A program made the position numbers and the translations under genes. The notes under the pieces are model-generated. The model was not told the origin of the DNA and did no database searches. It was given only the letters and a program-made list of their open reading frames with translations. A stretch of 64,000 nt of DNA. Source: Gnetum montanum. Taxonomy: Eukaryota; Plantae; Gnetophyta. Numbering within the stretch: position 1 is the first letter of the stretch; each line of letters opens with the position of its first letter. Shown here one piece after another: positions 38,915 to 49,925 of the stretch. Location: the NCBI GenBank assembly GCA_015680685.1, contig MNCI01000972.1, positions 62,001-126,000 of the forward strand. The letters run 5' to 3'.

Positions 38915-39196
38915 GGTTTCTTGTAATTGACCTGTTGGGGATTGTTTGTATTCTTTTCTTTGGTTTCTTGTAACTAACTTGTTGGGGACTATTCGTATTC
39001 TTTTCTCTGGTTTCTTGTAACTAACTAGTTGGAGACTGTTCGTGTTCTTTTCTTTGGTTTCTTGTAACTGACTAGTTGGGGACTATTCGTATTCTTTTCT
39101 TTGGTTTCTTGTAACTAACTTGTTGGGAACTGTTCATATTCTTTTCTTTGGATTCTTGTAACTAACTAGTTGGGGACTGTTCGTATTCTTTTCTTT
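38915..39196. repeat. 47 bp tandem repeat, ~6 copies, inside the Tekay-like LTR
   Basis: gttggggactattcgtattcttttctttggtttcttgtaactaactW starting at 38934, 38981, 39028, 39075, 39122, 39169. Confidence 0.95.
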
Positions 39197-40106
39197 CTTT
39201 TTAAAGTTATCTCTCTCTTTCTCTCTCTTTTCAACCATGGATCATGAGTTCAATTCTCTTCATGATCACTATAATAAAATCAATAAAGTATGTATATTCA
39301 CACGTTGCAAATTCAATTCCTAAATCAACAATTTTTGATATTTTAGAATTTAGATTTTGCTAGATCTCAGCTTCAATTCCTCTTGAACATTCCAACATAA
39401 CATTTCTCTCTTTATCATTCAGAATTTTCATAAGATGCAAGGAAAGAGTTTTCAAATAGATTCATGACAAGGGCAATTCAAGATACATAATCAAATAAGG
39501 AACCTTCTTTTTCAGGTCATCAGTGATGTGAATTTTCCCATCATCTTACAATCCTTAAAAGGTCATCATGTGACCTTTCTATAGCAATGGAAAGGGTACT
39601 TATACTATACTATTTTAAACTAAAAAGAGTAATGCATCACATTTAAATAAAATAAAATATAAAGCTACAATATTTGCACAAAGTATCCCTGATTCATGGG
39701 TCAGGTACCTCTAACTTGATTCACAGGTCAAATTCCTCAACATGAGCATTCATTTGCATTTCAACATACCTATTTTAGCCCTTGGGGTACACCTTAGAGC
39801 ATTGTCCTCTATTTCTTAGCATCTCTGTTGAAATAGAACAGAAAATATTTTGTTTTCCCATATATCATTTAGTATTATTATTCTAAAACATTCCCAGCAT
39901 GTATTTTAAAACATATTTCTTATGCATAAGGTATTTAAACATTTAATCATAATACATAAAAATATGGTCAGTAAATTTTTTACTATTCCAATTAGCCTTT
40001 TCCACCAAAGCACACACATAACTTGTCCACAAAACATGCACACAAACACACCAAAAGACTATTACAATCGTTAATGCAAAAATTCAAGGAGAAGTGGTTC
40101 GTTACA

Positions 40107-43100
40107 AACCATGTGAGCTTTATACCTCTCTATCTCCCCATTAGGCCTAAACTTCATTGTGAATATCCACTTGCAACCAATAACTTTCTTCCCACTAGGA
40201 AGATTAACTACCTCCCATGTTCCATTCTCTCGAAGTGTTCTTATCTCTTCTTCAATAGTTGCTCTCCATTTTAGATTCTAAAGGGCTCTTTGAATATCTT
40301 TTGGAATATCCACATTGTTAAGGCTAGTAACAAATGTCTTGTAATTATGAGACAAATTTGACTAGGTTAACTATCGAGAGATGGGATGTTGGGTACAAGT
40401 TCGAACACCTTTCCTAAGAGCAATAGGAAGATCCAACTTGTCAGATAACACCATACCTTCTTCCATGATTTCAGGATCCTCCCTTTGTTCAGATAGTTGC
40501 ATAGCATGGGGAGTCTCTAGTCTCCTTGAACAAACCATAATTGGTTTGGAGATGTTTGATTCTATCCCTCAATTCATTTTGTGATCACACTAATTTGAAG
40601 GGATTTGTTCGGTATAAGAATTGTCCAATTTGGTTGGAGGTGGAGACTCAAATGAAGAATGAGACTCAAATGGAATAGATATAGGAAGTGAGATAGAGGG
40701 ATCCCAATGGTCATCTTCACTCATCATCTCCTCCTAAAGAGAACTATTGAAATAAAACATTTGATCTTCCAAAAAAGTTACATCATAAGACACAAAGAAT
40801 TTTCTAGAAGGGGAGGTGAAAGCATCTATATCCTTTTTGAGATGGGGAGTAGCTAGTAAAGACACACTTAAAGGATTTGGGATCAAGTTTACTCTTTTGT
40901 GGGTGATGATTATAGACATATGCAATGCAACCAAATACTCTAGGAGAAAGAGAGTTAAGAATACGAACATGAGGATAGGTATCAAGTAGACAACTAAGAG
41001 GAGTTTGACGATTTAGAGTTTTGGATGGTGTTCTATTTATAAGATAGGCTATAGTTAACACTGCTTCTCCCCAAAAAGAGTTTGGAACATGACTAGTGAA
41101 CATAAGAGCTCAGGCCACATCTAGTAAATGTCTATTTTTCCTCTCTACCACTCCATTCTATTGAGGGGTGTATGTAAGAGAACTCTAATGAAACACTCCA
41201 TTATCATTTAAGTATTGTGTCAAGTCATTTGTGAAATACTCTCTACCATTATCAATTCTCAAAATTTGGATATTGGTTTGGAAGACATTTGAGATATGTT
41301 TGTGAAACTATTTAATAATGGATTTGGTTTCTGATTTTTCTCTCACGAGATAAACCCAACACATCCTTGTATGATCATCAATAAATGTGATAAACCACTT
41401 AGAGCCCATGAGAGTGGATTGACGAGCGAGACCCCATATGTCACTATGTATAAGATGAAATGGATTTGACAATTGATATGTATGAAAAGTATAAATTTTT
41501 CTAGTTTGTTTTACACCAATACAATGTTTACACTAAAAATTTGAAGGATTTTTATTGATAAACAAAGTTGGATACAAAGATTTGAGATAAAAAAAACTAG
41601 GTAACCAAGGCATCTATGTCAAAGTATTATTTCTAAACTAGATGAGGTTAAAATGGAGACATTTTCGTGAGATTGAATTTTTGAAGAAGAACTAGCATCA
41701 TTGAGAATGTAGAGACCATGTTTCTCCTTAGCACTACTAATCATCCTCCCCAAAGATAGATCCTAGAAAACACAGAGAAAAGGGAAAAATGTTACTACAA
41801 AATTTTGATCTTTTGACAATTTGCTGATAGAGAGGAGATTATACTTTAACTTTGGAACATAGTAAACAGATCCTAAATTCATCCCAGAAATATCAATTGA
41901 CCCACAACCTACTACTCTTGGCATAGTACCATCAGCTATAGTGATCTTAATGTTGTCATGACACCTTTAATTTCGAGAATAAACTCTTGTTTACAGATGT
42001 GATTTGAAGCACCCATGTCAACAATCCAATTATCATTTACATGACAATATGTAATACATGAAGTACTTAGATTACCTTTATGTGCAACTGAGGCTATGGG
42101 TGTCTTTGATGATGTGTCAGCCTCCTTGAATAGGTTTGGATTGCTCAATATTGATTGTAACACTTTAATTTGTTTAGTAGTGAGATTGAGATTACTAGAC
42201 TTATCATTCTTTGTAGTAGTCTCAACAGCAAGGGCTTTGTTTGGCTCTTGGTGGTTCTGTGGCTTGTAATTTGGTGGGTATCCATAGATTTTGAAGTAGG
42301 TATCCTATGTATGATTCATCTTGTGGTAGTGATCACACCATAGCTTCTCCTTCCCAAATCTTTGATTCCTTTGATGTTGCTTGCTTTGGTGTGTGACAAG
42401 GGCTAATCCTATCGAAGAAGCATCTATTTCAGTCGAAAGCATAACCTTCTTCTTACTTTTCTCTCTTCTTACTTTGGCAAAAGCCTCACAGATGGTGGGA
42501 AAAGGCTTTGTGCTCAACACTCTATCCTATACCTCATCTAACTCTTTCTTCATCCCTTGTAAAAAAATCAAAGATTCACTCCTTTTCAATTTTTTAAGCA
42601 AACTTGTCTCCATCTTTAGGACTCTTCCACTGTATTTCATAAAATAAATCCATCTCCTGCCATAATTCAATTAAAGAATTAAAATAATCAGTGACTAATT
42701 TGTCTCCTTTTTGCATCTCATGAAGCTTTGAATGTATTTCAAAACATTGTGACGTGTTTTCCAACTTTGAGTAGATTTCTTGAACTGTTGTCCATGTCTC
42801 TAACAATTTTGTAGAATAAATATGTCCTTCCAATTTGTAGCTCCATTGAATTAATTAACCAAGCCATCACAATGGAATTTTCAGCATCCGAAGTCTGATA
42901 GGCAAGGTTAGTAGATTTAGGAGGTGAAATTGTACCAGTGACATATTTGGACTTTCCTTTACATTTGAGGATAAGAAAAACGGACTAAAATGATTCTTGG
43001 AAGTTGGTTCCATTGAGTTTGTGTTGGGTTATTTGAAGAGAATGATTTTCAAAGGGTTGAGAAGAAGAAGATAAAGGATTTCAAATAGTTGCCACCGACG

Positions 43101-43160
43101 TGCTTTCAAGTGTGTTGGGCAAAGAGGATTTGGAAGAAGAATTTTTTTTGACCATTTAAC
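40107..43160 (-). pseudogene. Copia gag-PR-INT and RT N-terminus (degenerate)
   Basis: ORF fragments 42594-42833, 42305-42520, 41936-42163, 40804-41103; RT ..IFTMKFRPNGEIERYKAHMV cut at 40107. Confidence 0.9.
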
Positions 43161-43175
43161 TTGGCTTTGATACCA

Positions 43176-43432
43176 TAAACAAAGAGATGAAATGAAATAG
43201 TTCTCTTTATTGAAGTTTATGAAAGATTGCATACAAGGATTTATATACCAGCCTTATTCTGTATTTTAGGAAATAAACTAAAAAAGACAACCAATCTCCT
43301 AGAAATCAGAAATGATAAAAAAGGAAGCTATAAATTAGGGAAAACAAGCTCCACAAAAAATTGCAATTAATCCCACAAAATTAGGAATTTACATAGTCCA
43401 CAAAATTAGGAATTTACTCGGTCTTTCCAACA
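43176..43432 (-). repeat. Copia 5' LTR (tRNA-Met PBS TGGTATCAAAGCC at 43163-43175)
   Basis: Roughly 88-90% identical to 17597-17851 by eye; PBS directly adjacent. Confidence 0.93.
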
Positions 43433-43437
43433 CTAAT

Positions 43438-46400
43438 GCTAAGCCTAATGATGGTACAAAAAAAATATTCAATGGCGGACATAGAAGACCACCCAAGGAT
43501 AGGTCCAAATATCACAATTTTGCAATGACCCACATGCAACTTTATAATATGTTTTTGAAAGAGGGGCATAGTACCCCAAAATAGGTCTTGGGACAAATAA
43601 GAGCATGATTCAAAAGACTTCAAACTTTGGCTGTTAATTTTTCCTAGTGGGTGGAAGGAGACTCACATGTCTCAAAGGAATATAATCCTAATAAATTTTA
43701 TTATGATCATGAGCTTGTAGAACATAATATTGATAATTGTAACATACTTAAGGATGAACTTCAAGTGTTGATGGAAAAAGGAGAATTTGTGTTTGACACT
43801 GCAGTGTAATCAAGCAACTAGAACATCTAGATTTTTCAGGACCCATTGAATAGTCATTTAAGGAGGATTTTGGCCTTACAATTGGAGAGCAAGATAAAAC
43901 CACACTCTTTGTAATCCAAATGAACCCTTCCCAAAATGCTTCCTAGTCATCCCCTTGGTCAAATTAAGAAAACTTGAAAAATATCATTTGTCATCAACCT
44001 TCCTTGGAATGATGCCAACTTGTCTTCATCACCAAATGTACATAGGGCTTCATTGATCATTGAAATGACTCCTCACTATGATGAAGTTTCTACTCTATCA
44101 AATTCCACTTTCAATTATCCTCTATTTCTATCAAGGAATTACCTTTTGTTGCCAATGTCATCCAAACCTATTAGCTAACATCCTATTTTACACTGTTATA
44201 CCTCCTTGATCTTGCCCATTCTCCCCATCTAAGTCATTAGAGCCTCCATGGCTACCTATCCCAACATCACTAGTCAAGAACTTAACATGAGTCCCAAAGA
44301 AGGCCAAATAAAACAAAGGCAAGGAGAAAGAATAAGCTACCCCACAACTCATTCAATTTTTTAAAGTCTCCTTTCAAGTTGAACTTGGCACCCACCTTGT
44401 CTCTCCCCATTGTCATACCAACTCTTGTTATATCAAATTCCATCCCTCCCATATCTACAACTAAGGAGGTAATACCTAGGGGCAAAGCCTTAACCCAAAT
44501 AGCACAACAATGAAATCAAAAGGAACAAATCTTTCCCTCTTTGATTTGATTTTGAAATGAGCATTGTTTGATGCTAGAGAAATTACTCAAATCAATCACA
44601 ATATCCACAAATATTCAAACTTATATCCAAGTAATCTTATCTATTCTCAATGCTCCAAGGTATGAGGCAAATTGCTTGGTTTTTTAAGGGAAAAATATTA
44701 AAACTCATTCTACAATAGGTGTTGTATGTGAACTTTTGATCTACATCACAATACAAGTCAAAGACAATGTGTCCCTATCTTTTGTGCACATTGATGATGG
44801 AGTCAAAACCAATATCATTTCATGGTTTGTCATTGAGTGTTTCGACCTTGAAAAATAGGTCATGTACTCTAACTATAACTACTCTTTGATCTCATTTAGT
44901 GGGGATAGAGTAGAAGTCTTAGGTGCAACTACATTCTTATTTTTTAATAGAAAATTGTATCACAACTACAACAAGTTTTACAATCATTAGGAATTCATCT
45001 AATATAAATACTATTTTAGGAAAACCTTGTTTAACCTATCACCAAGCTCTCTTCTCCTTCAGATCAAGAAATCCATTTTCCCTACAAGGATAAACTAGTA
45101 ATTCATGTGAATCATAATATGCCTGCTATACCACATCTTGATCTCATAGGGGAGACTAGCCTTGGGTCCTAATCCACGTTGATAGGATAAACCTTTGCTA
45201 AACAACAAAGTGTCAACAAGTCTAAACCTAGCATCTCCTAGTTGTCTAGTACATAGGAGTTTGTGACCCTAGGATTTCTTGAACTAGAAATGGTTGAATT
45301 AATTAAAATAATGAAAGATCCTACAATATCATAGGCTAGAAAAGCCATTGCCAAAGCAAAACCTTTATAATAACCTAATCCTCCTTATTTCTCTTTTCCC
45401 TAGTTAGTTATTTTACCTTGTATTTACATCTACTTTTTATTCCTACTCAATTTTTATGTTTCTTGGCTTAATTACATATTTGCAATATTTACATATTTTC
45501 TTAGCTTAGTTTTATTTATGCTCTATTACCATCCTTAGCTTTCCTTTCATGCATATCTAGATTTTTATGTTTACTTTGAGTTATTTGCATCACATTAGTT
45601 TTTATTTTGCGCTACAAAATTAAAATAGAAAAACATAAACACATGAGCTTAGAAAAAACTCATAAACATAGAAAACTTCAAAACTACAAACACATAAAAC
45701 CCAAAATCCATAAAGAATAATAATTCCTATATCATAGCCACTATCCATAGAATGTCCATCAAGATACATCCCACCAACAAAACTATATAACATTTATTAA
45801 AAATACAAAAAATCAAAAATAATTCTCATCCTAACATCTATCTCTCTTGATCTTGGCTATCTGAAGCCCATCATGAGAAGGAAAGATCTTCCCCATCAAC
45901 TTTGCATCTTCTCTATCCTTCGCTCTACTACTAGAACCTCCTAGAGCTTCTGCACCTGTGATCACGAGTAAAAGTAAAAATGGTAAAAACATAAAAATCC
46001 ATAAAAATACTAACATAAATAACATTTAAAATTACAAAAATGCTAAGACTAACAAAAATCAACAAAAATAGAAATATGTTAGCTAAAATATTTTCCCTTG
46101 CCTATAGTTGTGCTACTAGGACTCACTTTGTCTCCATGATCTCCCAAAACCACTTCCACATTAGAAGCCTCATATTTGAACACATCAACTAACTTCTGAC
46201 TAATCTCCTATATTGAAAGACATGATATGCCAAAATCCTCTAGTTGCACATTCCATACATCTAGTAAGGAAGGATCTTCTACACTAGGTTTTAACTCCAT
46301 CCTACTACTTTCCTCTTCCAGAGTTAATTCTGATGCTTTGACTTCTTTCACCTTTCTCCATACAATCACACAACCCTCAAAAGCCTCTAATGCATGACTT

Positions 46401-46915
46401 TCAATTTCTTAATCAACATTTCCCTTACTCTCCTTACTATTCTTTCTTCCTTAAGTTGTTTCATAAGGAACAAATTTTGCTTCTTATAAAACAACTTATT
46501 TCTCCTATGTTAATTCCCCTAGTGTTCCCAAGCCATATAACTATCCCTCAACTTGTTATTTAAAGTTTCCATGGTCAACAACTTGCACTACTAAATAGTC
46601 TGAGTAGCCACCATGGAGTTTAGAGAATTCCTTAGATGCCAATAGGAGGCAGTTGTGGGGCTATGATGTATCATTGTATTGCCATGAAGATTAGCCTCTA
46701 GGTTCCCTACCTCCTCTTCTAGCAAGGTCATTTTCTCACTTTGTTCCTTAATCACCAATAGCTCCATTGTCAAATCTATCACTACATTAGATTGCTTCAC
46801 TACAAGGGAGGCCATGTTCATTCCATATTGAGATATTGCATCCAATACCACAATGATATTCTTAGATCCTAGACATTTAATAAACCTCTTATAAAATCTA
46901 TCATTCCCATGGGTC
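43438..46915 (+). mobile_element. Continuation of the same Tat-like element: gag C-terminus, protease, non-coding region, then an antisense spliced coiled-coil gene remnant
   Basis: YNPNKFYYDHELVEHNIDNCNILKDELQVLMEKGEFVFD resembles ORF 30891-31181; PR VHIDDGVKTNII...ILLGKP at ~44785-45030. Confidence 0.7.
45831..46915 (-). pseudogene. 3' exons of an antisense coiled-coil gene in the + strand Tat element
   Basis: ORF 46591-46917 has heptad-like content; AT-rich intron ~46100-45956 ending tgatcacag|GTGCAG; terminal exon ends at 45831. Confidence 0.5.
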
Positions 46916-47599
46916 AAGGGTATATTGGAATTTTCAATATAAGAAGTTTATCAAGATGTTTAGTAGAGCCCTTGTCCTACTAATATATCAAGCATTTCCA
47001 CACATAGTTGATAACATCCTAATGTAATTTATACCAAAAGAAAGTTCACTTAATCAAGGAAAGAATTTTTTGCTAACTCAAATGCCCATCCTAAGGAGCA
47101 TTATGACATTCTCTAATAATCTACTTTTGTAGAAAATTCCAATCGTGAATACAAATCCAACTATCTTGGAACCATCTTGAAATAAGAAGCTTAATTAACC
47201 TCTATTAGCTTTGTAAGATTAATGACTTGAGGATCTTCTTTGAATCCATCTCGAATTTAGGCCAATAACATACTAGTCCAAATTCTAAAACCAAGGCCAA
47301 CCAACAAGATTGCTTTAGTCAAAGGTTGGACTGATTGAGGAGGAAAATAGTGGCCAAATTATCTATCTTTCCCAAGGCATGGCTTCCGACAAGTAGTATC
47401 TCCATATCATAAGACAATGGAGAATGACAAATCTTTTTTTCTCATGGAGGGCCACACACCACCTGATTTAGTTTCCATTACTTATGAGCAATGGGGTGAT
47501 CCTCTTATAGCAACACCTTGTTAATCCCATCATCACTAGCATCTATGAAGACCTCAAAGGACTGCAAGAAATTTGGTAGGATCCTAAAGTAAAATGCTA

Positions 47600-49925
47600 C
47601 TGATGTTGCATGAATCATGGATTCAATGAGAATCACAAAGGTGGTAAGAGATCTATACCTAGCTTTCCCCTCCATTTGCAGTTACTGCAAATGTACAACA
47701 AGCCATAAGGGCATAAACCATCCTATTAAAAATATAGAAGAGAAACTTATATATCCAAATAAATGTAAACATCATAGAAATTATAGACTAGTATAAGTAG
47801 CAAATCCCTCAACTCCTAATGGACTAATTTCCCAACTTACCTCATTCCATACTAAAATAAGGTGGAGGTTTTTCTAAAGTCCTTCTTACCTGCATGGCTA
47901 TTAGATCTTTTGGATCTTGGAATATTAGCCCTTGTTTTGTTAACAATTTTTTCTCTTCATTGTCAAGTGTTCCTTCACTTCCTATGTAAAGGGTTTCATT
48001 ATCTTCTTCATTTGCATTGATTTCTTCTTCTTTGCCTTTCTCTGTTGTAGGAATTGTGTGAACAGATCTTTTCCCATGAGTTGGTTGTTTAGATTTCTTC
48101 TTACCTTTAGAAGGAGTTATAGGTGGAGAATCAATGTAAAGGTTTTCTTAGTTTGTTGTTTGATTACCTTTTTTCGTTTTATTCTCCTTTTATTTTGGTA
48201 CCCAAATCTTATGCAATTCTTGTACATCCCTTTGTACCTCTCTAACCTCTGAATATGTCATTAGATTCTGGTCACTAACATAGGCTAATTTATGATTAGT
48301 CCAGTTATGTAACTTGATAATATCTTATGGTTGTTCTATAGAGATTTTGTATTGCATCATATGGGCAGATTCCTTGACTTCTTCAGTGTTCATATTGATT
48401 CTTAGGAGCTCATCACATTCTACACATCTAATATCATGATCCACCTTATGCAAATGTTCATGTGCGCACATGGTTCAGCTGGAAGATGCTATGTCTTCTT
48501 CAGAGGATGTGGATGCATCTTCGATGTGTGTTTTTCCTTTGTCATCTACTATCATCTTTTCTCTTTTTTGTTTAATTATTTTCCTAGGATCCATTTTTAT
48601 GCTTAGCTCTTTAAAGATTTTTCCCATTTGTTGTATTTTTTCTTCCTGTTCTTCATAAGAGGTTTTTCTAAACAGGGTTATGGGCTGTTCTGGTTTAGGT
48701 GCTAAAGGATCATAGGGTAAAAACTTTGGAGGTTTCAATTCTACATAATAACTTTGAGATTTTGATGGATTTCTGAACAAGGATTTTTTTGCTTTTTTAT
48801 GTTCATAATATTCTTCTAGTTGGTCTCCTAGACCTGGAAAAAGTCTATGGATAGAAAGATCTTCAGTATTAATATGGGTTCCATATTCTAAATTTGTAGA
48901 TCCTACCGATAAGGGTTGTTGCCCAAAGGGTAACAATGTTTTAATACTAACAGAACTAAATAATTTAAAACTTAATCTAGTACCTATGGTGCAATAAATA
49001 CTTTGATCTATAATATCTAAAGGAATATATGTTATAAACATTAAGTTATTAAATAGATGCGGATCTGAAAGAGAGTGTAAAATTTGGGATTGTAATTATT
49101 AATGCATCTCAAACTAAACATCCCTTGGCCTGAGTAATGATATAGCTTCTTGAAAGGATTTAAACCTTCGATCTATTAAAGCAATCCAGTAAGGTTTTTG
49201 AGTCTGTAATTAAAGTGAGGATGGATATGAATAGCGAGTTCAACAAGGTGAATATATTGATAACCCTCTTTTTGCCACTTATCTACCTCCCCCGGGTCAA
49301 AAAAAAGTAAGTGCTACAGGGCGAAGGCCGGAACCAGTAATACCAAGATCACATTCACTAATGTGCATGGATTGAAAAGATTCAAAAGTGTGCAAAGAAG
49401 ATTTTAGATAAAAATCTCATTGGATGGGCAATGGTGGCAACATACTAGCATTAGACGAGGAGCGATATTGCGATAAACATTACAGATACGAGTAATTAGA
49501 ACTAGAACTTGGAGTTGGTATTCGAGATGAACTTGCCATTAGACGTGTCTGACACAATCATTCCTTCTGGCTTGCATGGCTTACACGCCTTCCGTCAGCC
49601 CTTACTGTGTGTCGTACAACACTTCTGAACGAAATTCAATGTCGCCCCCACGTCCACCCCTAGCGATGTTGAGTGAAGAACCGCAACATAAGGCTCCGAT
49701 ACCACTTCTCGAATATAGCGCACACGGAACAATGCATAAGTCAAGCATGGCAAAATGATGTCTTCTTATGATGGGAATAAAACATGGAGATAGGGTTTAT
49801 AGTGAAATTACTATTGCAACCAGTCCTAGCCATTATTAGAGAATTCAAAGTTTCTGAGAGGGGTCATATAAATTACATGAACTATGGATTAAGATGCAGG
49901 TTCAACTCCTTTTGGATGCACAAAA
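47600..49925 (-). mobile_element. Endogenous caulimovirid (plant pararetrovirus) fragment
   Basis: tRNA-Met PBS TGGTATCGGAGCC at 49692-49704, not preceded by an LTR CA; ATG at 49539; movement-protein motifs; A-rich codon usage on -. Confidence 0.85.
47850..49539 (-). pseudogene. Caulimovirid 30K movement protein and polyprotein N-terminus (frameshifted)
   Basis: By-eye translation across frameshifts: KWQKEGYQYIHLVELAIHIHPHF..WIALIDRRFKSFQEAI..IPNFTLS..DPHL, continuing into ORF 48475-49041 and a K/E-rich frame to ~47850. Confidence 0.82.

Larger units (their letters stand above)
36620..40106 (-). mobile_element. Tekay/Del-like gypsy: 2.63 kb LTR (37476-40106), PBS and protease remnant, inserted in the copia RT
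   Basis: LTR termini TGTAAC...GTTACA; PBS TGGTATCGAAGT at 37461-37472; ORF 36901-37317 ILFGSGSTTSFIS..YDVILGMDWL. Confidence 0.8.
17597..43432 (-). mobile_element. Ty1/copia (Ale/Retrofit-like) LTR retrotransposon, expanded by nested insertions
   Basis: Paired ~255 bp LTRs, TSD CTAAT (17592-17596 and 43433-43437), PBS, PPT; gag HKLNGTNF, PR WIVDMGASNHI, INT FWGEAVLTIAYLINRTPS..SKLDPKS, RH end at 17859-18078. Confidence 0.93.

Noticed and set aside
38915-39196. 47 bp array as CRISPR
   Set aside because: Pure tandem repeat with no unique spacers.
49692-49704. PBS as the start of another LTR retrotransposon
   Set aside because: No LTR-terminal CA precedes it, and the following ORF is a movement protein rather than gag.
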